Positions 25,831 through 34,664 of a stretch of DNA of 35,493 bases are shown here, in pieces; position 1 is the first letter of the stretch; each line of letters opens with the position of its first letter. A program made the position numbers and the translations under genes. The stretch spans positions 1 to 35,493 of the forward strand of contig CAZLZY010000001.1 in assembly GCA_964564075.1 (NCBI GenBank), written 5' to 3'. Below the pieces are notes generated by a model. It saw only the letters and a program-made list of their open reading frames with translations, did not search any database and had not been told where the DNA came from. Source of the DNA: an uncultured Spirochaetales bacterium (GTDB taxonomy: Bacteria > Spirochaetota > Spirochaetia > CAKZLE01).

Positions 25831-26818
25831 TCAGAAGGATTATAAGAGGATCATCACACAGTATCTGAATAACTGTATGATCGAGACAGACCTTGAGCGT
25901 CCCGGTAAGAGACGAGGGAAAGTCCGTGATAGTTACACCTTAGAGGACTCAATGATCTTCGTGACTACAGACAGACAAAGTGCCTTTGATAGGATTCTAG
26001 CTTCAGTCCCCTTCAAGGGTCAGGTATTGAACCTGACAAGTGCCTGGTGGTTTGAGAAGACGGCCCATATCGTAGAGAATCATCTCCTTGAGATACCAGA
26101 TCCTAATACGACAGTAGGAAAGACCTGTACCGTATTCCCTATCGAATTCGTCATGAGAGGTTATATCACCGGAACTACTGATACCTCATTATGGACCCAG
26201 TATCATAGCGGGGTCAGGAACTATTGTGGTATCGCTTTCCCAGAGGGCCTTAAGAAGAATCAGAAGCTCGATACCCCGGTCATCACTCCAACGACAAAAG
26301 AGGAGCACCATGATCGTCCCATCTCCCCAAAAGAGATCATCGAGGAGGGCTGGATGAGCCAGGAGGATTGGAAGGCAGCGAGTACCTATGCGATGAACCT
26401 ATTCACCTATGGACAGCAGGTAGCTGCAGAACATGGTTTGATCCTAGTAGACACGAAATATGAGATGGGTAAAGATGCAGCTGGCAACATCCTCCTCATC
26501 GATGAGATCCATACTCCAGATTCCAGTAGGTATTGGTTGTCCGGCTCCTATGAAGAGAGGATCTCCCAAGGTCTAGAACCTGCGAACATCGATAAGGAGT
26601 TCCTTAGGTTATGGTTTCGAGAGAACTGTGATCCCTATCATGATGAGATACTACCGCAGGCTCCCGTGGAGTTGATCGTAGAACTCTCCTCTCGTTATAT
26701 CAAGCTCTATGAGATGATCACAGGAGAGCAGTTCGATTTCCCAGAAGAGACAGAACAAGATAAGCCGGTATCAGAAAGACTTACCCGGAATCTTGTAGCA
26801 TATGTGAACAAACAATAA
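25820..26818 (+). CDS. purC: Phosphoribosylaminoimidazole-succinocarboxamide synthase (long form)
   Basis: 332 aa with RGKVRDSY, TDRQSAFD, RGYITG, LVDTKYEMG, DEIHTPDSSRYW. AGGAGG RBS. Confidence 0.9.
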   Translation: MKADQKDYKRIITQYLNNCMIETDLERPGKRRGKVRDSYTLEDSMIFVTTDRQSAFDRILASVPFKGQVLNLTSAWWFEKTAHIVENHLLEIPDPNTTVGKTCTVFPIEFVMRGYITGTTDTSLWTQYHSGVRNYCGIAFPEGLKKNQKLDTPVITPTTKEEHHDRPISPKEIIEEGWMSQEDWKAASTYAMNLFTYGQQVAAEHGLILVDTKYEMGKDAAGNILLIDEIHTPDSSRYWLSGSYEERISQGLEPANIDKEFLRLWFRENCDPYHDEILPQAPVELIVELSSRYIKLYEMITGEQFDFPEETEQDKPVSERLTRNLVAYVNKQ

Positions 26819-26835
26819 TCAGAGGTGTATGAATT

Positions 26836-27261
26836 ATGAAGAAAATCGTTATTATCATGGGTTCCACATCAGATAGACCCCATGCAGATAAGATCATTGC
26901 CGGTCTGCAGCTTGCAGAAGGATATGACAGGTCAGGATGTTCCATCGATGTCTACACTGCCTCAGCTCATAAGGATCCTTTGAAGGTCTTGGGAGTACTT
27001 GATGCTCACAAGGATCACAGGGCTCTTGTCTATATCACCATAGCAGGCAGGTCCAATGCTCTTTCAGGCTTCTGTGCAGCCAACTGCACGGCCCCAGTCA
27101 TCGCGTGTCCACCGTTCGCTGACAAGGTCGATATGCTCGTCAATATCAACTCGACATTACAGATGCCAAGCAGGACACCAGTCCTGACCGTGATAGATCC
27201 GGGTAATGCAGCACTTGCTGCTATGAGGATCCTCTCACTTGCAGATCAGGATGAAGCTTAG
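26836..27261 (+). CDS. purE: Class II PurE (AIR carboxylase type)
   Basis: 141 aa with IIMGSTSD and IAGRSNALSGFCAANCTAPVIACPP. This matches the class II box AGRSNGLGPV...YPVISCPP of human PAICS and T. denticola PurE rather than the class I AGGAAHLPG. No purK is present in the operon. Confidence 0.85.
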   Translation: MKKIVIIMGSTSDRPHADKIIAGLQLAEGYDRSGCSIDVYTASAHKDPLKVLGVLDAHKDHRALVYITIAGRSNALSGFCAANCTAPVIACPPFADKVDMLVNINSTLQMPSRTPVLTVIDPGNAALAAMRILSLADQDEA

Positions 27262-28707
27262 ATGTGCGGTATCGTCGGGATCATAGCAGAGAACCCAGTA
27301 TCGACTGAAGTGTATGACAGTCTTGTGCAACTGCAGCACCGAGGTCAGGACGCTGCAGGGATCATCACTTGTAATGAGAGCCTTCATATAAAGAAAGGTA
27401 CCGGGCTCGTCCGTGATATCTTTCAAGCACGTCATATGGAGCGACTTAAAGGCAATATGGGGATCGGTCATACTCGATACCCGACTAGCGGGGAGAAGAG
27501 TAGTGATGAGGTCCAACCCTTCTGGACGAGCGTCCCGAATGGGATCGCCTTCGCTCATAATGGGAATATCGTCAACTATGATGAACTACGCAATGAAGTC
27601 ATTGCGAACAGGAAACGATACCTGAACTCCTATAGTGATTCAGAGATGCTGATGCAGCTCTTCGCAGATGTGCTGCAGCGATGTATTGGAAATAATCCTG
27701 CCCATATGATCTCTGATGCGACCTTCTTCGATGGGCTTTGTATCTCAGCATCGGAACTCTTCAGCCTTACCAAAGGTTCCATCTCGGCCGTCTCAGTGAT
27801 CAAGGATAGAGGCCTCATAGCTTTCAGAGACCCCCATGGTATCAGACCTCTTGTCATGGGAGAAAGAACGAACGCTAACGGCCGAAAAGAGTATATCTTC
27901 GCATCCGAGGATTCCATGTTCTACATGCTCGGGTATCAGCTCGTCAGAGACGTTACGCCTGGAGAGATCATCTATATCACAGAAAAGGGTGAGTTCTACT
28001 CTCGAACGGTAAGTCATAAGAAGTTCACTCCCTGTATCTTCGAATATGTCTACTTCGCACGACCCGATACGATGATGAATAATATCAACATCTATCGAGC
28101 TCGGTTGAGGATGGGAGAGAATCTCGGGAAGCTTTGGATAAAGAAATATAAGGAGCTGCGACCAGATGTCATCATACCAGCTCCCTCCACATCAAATACT
28201 ATGGCCCTATCCATGGCAAAGATACTAGGAGTCAACTATTCAGAAGGACTCTATAAGAACACCTTCATAGGTCGAACCTTCATCATGGCTGACCAGAAAC
28301 AGAGAAGACAGTCGGTCAGGTATAAACTCAATCCTCAGAGGCTAGAGATCCAAGACAAAGATATCATGATCGTTGATGATAGTATCGTCAGAGGGACTAC
28401 GAGTAGAGAGATCGTTCGGATGGTAAAAGAGTTCGGGGCGAACAAAGTCTATTTTGTCTCGGCCTGTCCACCGGTCACCAATCCCTGCTATTATGGAGTC
28501 GATATCCCGACTTCCGAAGAGCTTATCGCATCCGATAAGGATTGTGAGGAGATCAGAGAGTTCTTGGAGGCAGAGATCCTGCTCTATCAAGAGATCGGGG
28601 ATCTGATCGAAGCTGTGACACGTAAAGGGGACCATCATATAGACACTCCCTGCTATGCCTGTCTCGGTGGCACCTATATTCATAAAGAAAGAGAGGTAAC
28701 AGAGTGA
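27262..28707 (+). CDS. purF: Amidophosphoribosyltransferase
   Basis: MCGIVGI (N-terminal nucleophile Cys), HTRYPTSG, the PRPP loop IMIVDDSIVRGTTS, and C-terminal Cys residues. It starts immediately after the purE stop. Confidence 0.93.
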   Translation: MCGIVGIIAENPVSTEVYDSLVQLQHRGQDAAGIITCNESLHIKKGTGLVRDIFQARHMERLKGNMGIGHTRYPTSGEKSSDEVQPFWTSVPNGIAFAHNGNIVNYDELRNEVIANRKRYLNSYSDSEMLMQLFADVLQRCIGNNPAHMISDATFFDGLCISASELFSLTKGSISAVSVIKDRGLIAFRDPHGIRPLVMGERTNANGRKEYIFASEDSMFYMLGYQLVRDVTPGEIIYITEKGEFYSRTVSHKKFTPCIFEYVYFARPDTMMNNINIYRARLRMGENLGKLWIKKYKELRPDVIIPAPSTSNTMALSMAKILGVNYSEGLYKNTFIGRTFIMADQKQRRQSVRYKLNPQRLEIQDKDIMIVDDSIVRGTTSREIVRMVKEFGANKVYFVSACPPVTNPCYYGVDIPTSEELIASDKDCEEIREFLEAEILLYQEIGDLIEAVTRKGDHHIDTPCYACLGGTYIHKEREVTE

Positions 28708-30017
28708 GAGCAATACTCCTCATCGGATCAGGGGCTCGTGAACATATGTTGGCATACAGCATCGCGAACTCCTATAGTCCAGCAACACTCTACTGTATCG
28801 GCTCAGCCTTGAACCCGGGGATCAAAGAGCTTTGTGCCGGTTATACCATAGGAGATATCACCGATGCACAGTTCATCAGATCGAGTATAACCTCCTGGGG
28901 TATAGATCTTGCGATCATAGGACCAGAGGCCCCCTTGAGCACCGGTGTTGCCGATGCCCTCAGAGAGGAGGGTATCGCGGTCTTCGGACCAGATAAGAGC
29001 CTTGCCAGGATAGAGACGAGTAAGTCCTATACACGGGACCTCCTTGAGACGGTCGTACCTGATGCAAGTCCGATCTACCAGATCATCAGGACTGAAGCAG
29101 AGGCTGCGAAGTTATTGAGCAGACTCGAAGACTATTATGTGATCAAAGCAGATGGCCTCAAAGGTGGTAAAGGTGTTCAGGTCGCAGGAGATCATCTTCA
29201 TACTCATGAAGAGGCCCTCTCCTATGTTTCTGAACTACTACAGGAGAGTAGCCATTGTGTGATCGAAGAGAAACTGATTGGAGAGGAGTTCTCACTCATG
29301 ACCATCACAGATGGAGAGACCTCTATCCATCTCCCTGCGGTACAGGACCATAAACGAGCCTATAATGGTGATAAGGGGCCGAATACCGGAGGTATGGGTA
29401 GTTATACCGATAGTGACCACAGCCTCCCCTTCTTAACACAGTCAGATATACTCGAAGCAAGAGAACTCAATGAGCAGGTCATAGCGGCATTAGCAGATGA
29501 TAACGGGAAACCCTATCGAGGAGTTCTCTATGGTGGCTTCATGGCAGTAGATGAGGGAGTGATGATCATTGAGTACAATGCGAGATTCGGAGATCCAGAG
29601 ATCATGAACCTCCTATCCGTCGTCAAAGCAGATTTTGGAGAACTCTTCTACCATGCAGCAGTAGGGACCTTGAGTGAAGTATCGATCGACCTTCTTCCGA
29701 AGGCTTCAGTCTGCAAGTATGTCGTTCCCACCGGGTATCCCACCGTCTCGAACAAAGGAGCATTGATCGATATCAGCAAGATCGATGATTCCTGCAAAAT
29801 ATTCTTAGGTTCAGTAGACCTACAAGAGGGAGAACTCGTAACCGGAGGATCTAGGACCGTAGCATGCGTTGCCCTAGGGGATACTATCGAATCCGCTGAG
29901 AGGCTCGCAGAGGCTCAGATCGGGCGTATTACCGGAGATCTCTTTCACCGAGAGGATATCGGGACCACAGAGCTCATAGATACCCGTATCAAAGCAATGA
30001 AGGAGCTACGCTCATGA
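28704..30017 (+). CDS. purD: Phosphoribosylamine--glycine ligase
   Basis: MRAILLIGSGAREH, ATP-grasp motifs (VIKADGLKGGKGV, EYNARFGDPE). The GTG start overlaps the purF stop (GTGA). Confidence 0.92.
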   Translation: MRAILLIGSGAREHMLAYSIANSYSPATLYCIGSALNPGIKELCAGYTIGDITDAQFIRSSITSWGIDLAIIGPEAPLSTGVADALREEGIAVFGPDKSLARIETSKSYTRDLLETVVPDASPIYQIIRTEAEAAKLLSRLEDYYVIKADGLKGGKGVQVAGDHLHTHEEALSYVSELLQESSHCVIEEKLIGEEFSLMTITDGETSIHLPAVQDHKRAYNGDKGPNTGGMGSYTDSDHSLPFLTQSDILEARELNEQVIAALADDNGKPYRGVLYGGFMAVDEGVMIIEYNARFGDPEIMNLLSVVKADFGELFYHAAVGTLSEVSIDLLPKASVCKYVVPTGYPTVSNKGALIDISKIDDSCKIFLGSVDLQEGELVTGGSRTVACVALGDTIESAERLAEAQIGRITGDLFHREDIGTTELIDTRIKAMKELRS

Positions 30018-30610
30018 GGAAGATCGCAGTCCTTGGATCCACTAGAGGGACCGATATGCAGGCGATCATCGATGCGATCGAAACAGGGACTCTAAAAGCA
30101 GAGATAACCGTCGTGATATCTGATCGTAAACGAGCAGGGATCCTCGATAGAGCTCGCTCCCATGCTATCAAGGCAGTCCATATCCCCTCAAGAGAGGAGG
30201 GGGTACTCAAAGATCGAGAGACCTATGATAGAGAGATCGATGCAGTACTGAGAGAACATGGTGCAGATCTTGTTCTACTCATAGGCTATATGAGGATCGT
30301 CTCTCCCTGGTTCTGTAGAGCCTGGGAAGATCGCCTCGTGAATGTTCATCCTTCACTTCTCCCCGATTTTGCAGGAGGAATGGATGGAGATGTTCATGAA
30401 GCTGTGATAGCATCAGGGAATCGGGAGACCGGATGTACTGTCCATCTCGTGACAGAAGAGGTAGATGGGGGTCCTATTCTCCTGCAGAAAAGATGTGAGG
30501 TCCTAGAAGATGATACTCCTCACGTATTGAAAGCACGAGTTCAGGAGCTTGAAGGCAGAGCATTAATAGAGATAATCGATCAATATAAACCAGTAAGAGG
30601 TAGTTCATGA
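30014..30610 (+). CDS. purN: Phosphoribosylglycinamide formyltransferase
   Basis: 198 aa with IAVLGSTRGTDMQAIIDA, NVHPSLLP, ETGCTVHLVTEEVDGGPIL. ATGA overlap with purD. Confidence 0.9.
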   Translation: MRKIAVLGSTRGTDMQAIIDAIETGTLKAEITVVISDRKRAGILDRARSHAIKAVHIPSREEGVLKDRETYDREIDAVLREHGADLVLLIGYMRIVSPWFCRAWEDRLVNVHPSLLPDFAGGMDGDVHEAVIASGNRETGCTVHLVTEEVDGGPILLQKRCEVLEDDTPHVLKARVQELEGRALIEIIDQYKPVRGSS

Positions 30611-32157
30611 ATATACAACCGACACCAGTGAAACGTGCGTTGTTATCTGTATCAGATAAGAGCGGTATCGTAGAGTTTGCAAAAGGTCTCAGTGAGATGG
30701 GAGTGGAACTCATCTCTACCGGAGGGACGAAACGGACCCTTTTAGCACATGATATCCCAGTCAAAGGGGTCTCAGAACTGACAGGTTTCCCAGAGATGAT
30801 GGATGGAAGAGTCAAGACTCTTCATCCTCTCATTCATGGAGGCATCTTAGGGCTCCGTGATGAACATGCAGAGGCTGCTATAGAACATGGTATCCCATGG
30901 ATCGATCTTGTAGTCTGTAACCTCTATCCCTTTGAGACAACGATCCAGAAACCTGAGGTGAAGATCGACCAGGCTATCGAACAGATCGATATCGGTGGAC
31001 CGACTATGATCAGATCTGCAGCAAAGAACATGGGTTGGGTATCGGTGATCGTGAATCCTTCAGATTACGAGAAGGTACTCATCGAACTCAAAGAGGATTC
31101 AGCTGTCTCCTACGAGACTCGAAAGGATCTCTGCGCAGCAGCCTTCAGACATACCGCACAGTATGATGCATTGATTGGGGCCTACCTGACAGAAGAACCC
31201 TATCCAGAAGAGGTGACACTCACCTACCGTAAGTTCAGTCCGCTTCGATATGGGGAGAACCCTCATCAGAGTGCTGCAGCCTATAAAGAGGTCGTTCCAC
31301 CTGCCAAGAAAGAGGCCCTATCTATTCTAGATGCTGAGATCCTTAACGGAAAACAACTCTCCTATAATAATCTCAATGATGCTACAGGGACGATCGAGAC
31401 TCTCAGAGAGTTCAGTGATCCTGCCTGTATCGTCGTTAAACATGCAAACCCTTGCGGTGCTGCAACAGGTGAAGATCTATTTGAGGTCACAAAAGCTGCC
31501 TTCGAAGCTGATAGACTCTCAGCATTTGGTGGGCTCGTCGCTATCAACCGTACCTGTACGAAAGAGATCGCTCAGTATTTCAGAAAGATATTCTTCGAGA
31601 TCTTCATGGCTCCTGATTATGAACCTGAAGCATTGGCGATATTGAAACAGAAGAAGAACCTCCGAGTCCTCCGACTCGGAGCTATCCCCCCTCTGAATCA
31701 AGTCCACTTCAACAAGTTCGTCGGTGGAGGCCTGCTTCTCCAGGATCGAGATTGTGCTGTCATCGAGAATAGTGATCTGAAAGTAGTCACTGAGAAACAA
31801 CCTACCGAACAGGAGATCAATGATATGCTCTTCGGCTGGAAGGTCCTCAAACATGTCAAATCAAATGGTATCCTCATAGCGAAGGATCAGAGAACAGTGG
31901 GTATCGGCCCAGGTCAGGTCTCACGTGTCGATGCAGTCAAGATCGCAGTGAGAAAGAGTAAAGATACTACGGGAGCGATCTTAGCATCTGATGCATTCTT
32001 CCCATTCCGTGACAGTATCGACTCTCTTGCTCAGACCGGGATCAAAGCGATCATCCAACCGGGTGGCTCTATACGAGATCAGGAAGTGATCGATGCCTGT
32101 AACGAACAGGGTATTGCGATGGTCTTCACTGGAGTACGTTGTTTCAACCACGGCTAG
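30607..32157 (+). CDS. purH: Bifunctional AICAR transformylase / IMP cyclohydrolase
   Basis: 516 aa with KRALLSVSDKSG, GGTKRTL, GRVKTLHP, YGENPHQ, QPGGSIRD, FTGVRCFNH. ATGA overlap with purN. Confidence 0.93.
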   Translation: MNIQPTPVKRALLSVSDKSGIVEFAKGLSEMGVELISTGGTKRTLLAHDIPVKGVSELTGFPEMMDGRVKTLHPLIHGGILGLRDEHAEAAIEHGIPWIDLVVCNLYPFETTIQKPEVKIDQAIEQIDIGGPTMIRSAAKNMGWVSVIVNPSDYEKVLIELKEDSAVSYETRKDLCAAAFRHTAQYDALIGAYLTEEPYPEEVTLTYRKFSPLRYGENPHQSAAAYKEVVPPAKKEALSILDAEILNGKQLSYNNLNDATGTIETLREFSDPACIVVKHANPCGAATGEDLFEVTKAAFEADRLSAFGGLVAINRTCTKEIAQYFRKIFFEIFMAPDYEPEALAILKQKKNLRVLRLGAIPPLNQVHFNKFVGGGLLLQDRDCAVIENSDLKVVTEKQPTEQEINDMLFGWKVLKHVKSNGILIAKDQRTVGIGPGQVSRVDAVKIAVRKSKDTTGAILASDAFFPFRDSIDSLAQTGIKAIIQPGGSIRDQEVIDACNEQGIAMVFTGVRCFNHG

Positions 32158-32243
32158 AGATCATTAAAGCCCCATATAACAGCCCATTCTTTGGTGTCCT
32201 CACCATAAGATAGGGCTGTACTCGTCACTGAAGTATGGTCTGT

Positions 32244-32272
32244 TTGCTTATCAGATAAGAAAATGCTATAGT
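32244..32272 (+). promoter_or_regulatory. Candidate promoter of the KamA-like gene with an embedded palindrome CTTATCAGATAAG
   Basis: TTGCTT (32244-32249), N17, TATAGT (32267-32272), preceded by TGC (an extended -10-like element). The 6+1+6 perfect inverted repeat CTTATC-A-GATAAG (32247-32259) overlaps the -35 and spacer. Confidence 0.4.
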
Positions 32273-32276
32273 TAAT

Positions 32277-32330
32277 GACACCTCATCTTTAGGTAAGACA
32301 CCTTAGGTTAGACACCTTAGGTTAGACACC
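32277..32330 (+). repeat. Direct-repeat array: GACACC x4, including two perfect 14-bp tandem units GACACCTTAGGTTA
   Basis: GACACC occurs at 32277, 32297, 32311 and 32325. The sequence reads GACACCtcatcTTTAGGTAA-GACACCTTAGGTTA-GACACCTTAGGTTA-GACACC. The array starts at about the predicted +1 of the promoter above. Confidence 0.75.
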
Positions 32331-32358
32331 TATCGTATAGTAAATAGTCATGAATTAT

Positions 32359-32388
32359 CCTGTCTTCGAAATATCTTCATAAGACAGG
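32359..32388 (+). promoter_or_regulatory. Perfect 8-bp hairpin in the 5' leader of the KamA-like gene
   Basis: CCTGTCTT (32359-32366) pairs with AAGACAGG (32381-32388) around a 14-nt loop. No U tract follows, so it is not a terminator. It lies 32 nt upstream of the ATG, and GGAG is the RBS. Confidence 0.4.
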
Positions 32389-32420
32389 TATCGATAAATA
32401 AAAACTGATGGAGCTCGAAT

Positions 32421-34664
32421 ATGATTCAGAATGCTAGGGAATCTCTCGTTAAATTGATCATCAAGGAGAATCCTGAGATCACTCAGATCTTAGGGGATAC
32501 TAGCATCGAATTCTTAGATAAACTCGATCTCATCAAGCGTGTCCTCCTTCGTCTATTAAAGGAGCATCCCAAAGCATACGCCTATTATAATGGGAAGGAG
32601 CATGGTGAAAAGGCCTATTTTAAACTCTCTTGGAGAGACTTTGCCTTCATCAGGATCCTTGATTATCTCCAACATGAGGGAGAGACCTTCACAGATCAGA
32701 ACCTCCATGGGCAGATCATCGAGTCTCACCCCTTCGAACTCCTTCGCGATGCGATCCAGAAAGGGAACTATCGGGCTACTGCAGATTTCTATGAGGATCT
32801 ACTACACCTACTCAGACAGCTCAACGGAATTGACCGGCCGGAGATCCCTTCACGACAGCATGTCATTGACTGGATGGCTAGACATCCTAGTGGACTTGAT
32901 GAAGATATCATCCATATGAGAAATAAGAACAAACAGCGGATCATTCGGCTCATCTATGAAGATATGCAGACGGGAAAACAGGTCACAAGATTCACTATCT
33001 CTCCTGATACAGATGAACATACCGCTTTGAAACAGATCGAAGCATGGTGGGAGAATGATGTATTCCACCTCAGCTTTGCTGTTAGGAATGTTGATGAACT
33101 ACAGAAATACTTAGATGACTCGCTATCAGATGAGACCCTGAGGATCATGACCGAAGCGACGAAGAAAGGTATCCCTATCTTTGTCACACCATACTTCCTA
33201 TCTATGCTCTTGATTCGTCCCTATAAGAAATATACCCATGCAGATTGTGCGATCAGAGATTATGTGCTCTATTCTCAAGAACTCGTTGATGAGTTTGGGA
33301 ATATCTCTGCGTGGGAGAAAGAGGATATCATGGAACCGGGGAAACCTAATGCAGCTGGCTGGGTCCTCCCCTCTAATAATATTCACCGACGCTATCCGAA
33401 CGTGGCGATCTTCATCCCATCGACGATGGGACGAGCCTGTGGAGGGCTTTGTGCCTACTGTCAGAGGATGTATGACTTTCAGAATGGGAGATTCAACTTC
33501 GATCTGGAAAGACTCAAGCCTAATGAGAATTGGGCTACGAAACTACAAAAACTGATGAAGTACTTCGAAGAGGACTCTCAGCTACAGGATATACTCATTA
33601 CCGGTGGGGATGCCATGATGAGCTCTATCGAATCCCTCAAGCAGGTTCTTGATGCAGTCTATACTATGGCAGAGCATAAGATCGAGGCAAACAACGATAG
33701 AGATAAGGATACGAAGCATGCAGAGATCGTACGGGTGAGGCTTGGGACGAAGATCCCGATCTATCTCCCTCAAAGGATCTCATCTGAAAGGGTAGCGATC
33801 CTCAAAGATTTCAAAGAGAGAGCAGAGAAGATCGGTATCAAGCAGTTCATCATCCAGACCCATTTCTCGAGTGCCATGGAGATCACACCTGCATCTCAGG
33901 TAGCAGTATCAAGCTTGCTATCTGCTGGGTGGATCGTGACGAATCAGGAGGTCTTCACTGTCGCTGCCTCACGGAGAGGTCATACGGCCAAACTACGAGA
34001 GACACTCAACACCATCGGAGTCCTTCCCTACTATACCTTCACGGTCAAAGGATATCATGAGAACAAACACTACTTTGCCAATAACTCCAGATCGATCCAG
34101 GAACAGGTCGAGGAGAAATCGATCGGTAGAGTAGACCCAAAATACTATAGCCAGATCAGAGGCTTCATGAAAACACCGAACCATATGAAGGAGCAGATCG
34201 AGGAGATCCGTAATGCAGAGGAGATCCCGTTCCTCTCAACAGACAGGAACACGATCAACCTCCCGGGAGTCGGGAAGAGTAATACCTATAGGACTATCGG
34301 GATCACCGAGAACGGGAGAAGGATCCTCTCATTCGAACAGGATCACAGCAGACCTCATAGCCCGATCATAGATACCATGGACCAGGTCATCATCATAGAA
34401 TCAAAATCTGTTGCATCCTATCTCAGACAGTTGGAATCTCTTGGAGAGAAGAAAGAGGAGTATCAGAGTATCTGGGGATATTCGGCTGGCTATATCGAAC
34501 CAAGGATCCCGATCTATGAATACCCAGGTTATCGCTTCACCGTGACTAAAGAGTTCACTAACCTAGAGTTGAGACCGGAACAGAAAGAGATCCATCAGAT
34601 CAGACCTACTGAGGTAGAGTTCACCGAGATAGATCAAGAGATCAACGAAGGATATACAGACTAG
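32421..34664 (+). CDS. Long-form KamA-family radical SAM protein (lysine/glutamate 2,3-aminomutase-like core with extra N- and C-terminal regions)
   Basis: 747 aa. The KamA-type core begins near residue 205 (WWENDVFHLSFAVRNVDELQKYL, IFVTPYFLSML, IHRRYPNVAIF). The radical SAM cluster motif is C340-GGL-C344-AY-C347. About 200 N-terminal and 100 or more C-terminal residues have no counterpart in the ~416-aa clostridial enzyme. Confidence 0.85.
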   Translation: MIQNARESLVKLIIKENPEITQILGDTSIEFLDKLDLIKRVLLRLLKEHPKAYAYYNGKEHGEKAYFKLSWRDFAFIRILDYLQHEGETFTDQNLHGQIIESHPFELLRDAIQKGNYRATADFYEDLLHLLRQLNGIDRPEIPSRQHVIDWMARHPSGLDEDIIHMRNKNKQRIIRLIYEDMQTGKQVTRFTISPDTDEHTALKQIEAWWENDVFHLSFAVRNVDELQKYLDDSLSDETLRIMTEATKKGIPIFVTPYFLSMLLIRPYKKYTHADCAIRDYVLYSQELVDEFGNISAWEKEDIMEPGKPNAAGWVLPSNNIHRRYPNVAIFIPSTMGRACGGLCAYCQRMYDFQNGRFNFDLERLKPNENWATKLQKLMKYFEEDSQLQDILITGGDAMMSSIESLKQVLDAVYTMAEHKIEANNDRDKDTKHAEIVRVRLGTKIPIYLPQRISSERVAILKDFKERAEKIGIKQFIIQTHFSSAMEITPASQVAVSSLLSAGWIVTNQEVFTVAASRRGHTAKLRETLNTIGVLPYYTFTVKGYHENKHYFANNSRSIQEQVEEKSIGRVDPKYYSQIRGFMKTPNHMKEQIEEIRNAEEIPFLSTDRNTINLPGVGKSNTYRTIGITENGRRILSFEQDHSRPHSPIIDTMDQVIIIESKSVASYLRQLESLGEKKEEYQSIWGYSAGYIEPRIPIYEYPGYRFTVTKEFTNLELRPEQKEIHQIRPTEVEFTEIDQEINEGYTD

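Noticed and set aside
32277-32330. Considered whether the GACACCTTAGGTTA repeats are a CRISPR array.
   Set aside because: The units are only 14 bp, directly abutting with no spacers, and there are only 2 perfect copies plus 2 partial ones. No cas genes are present.
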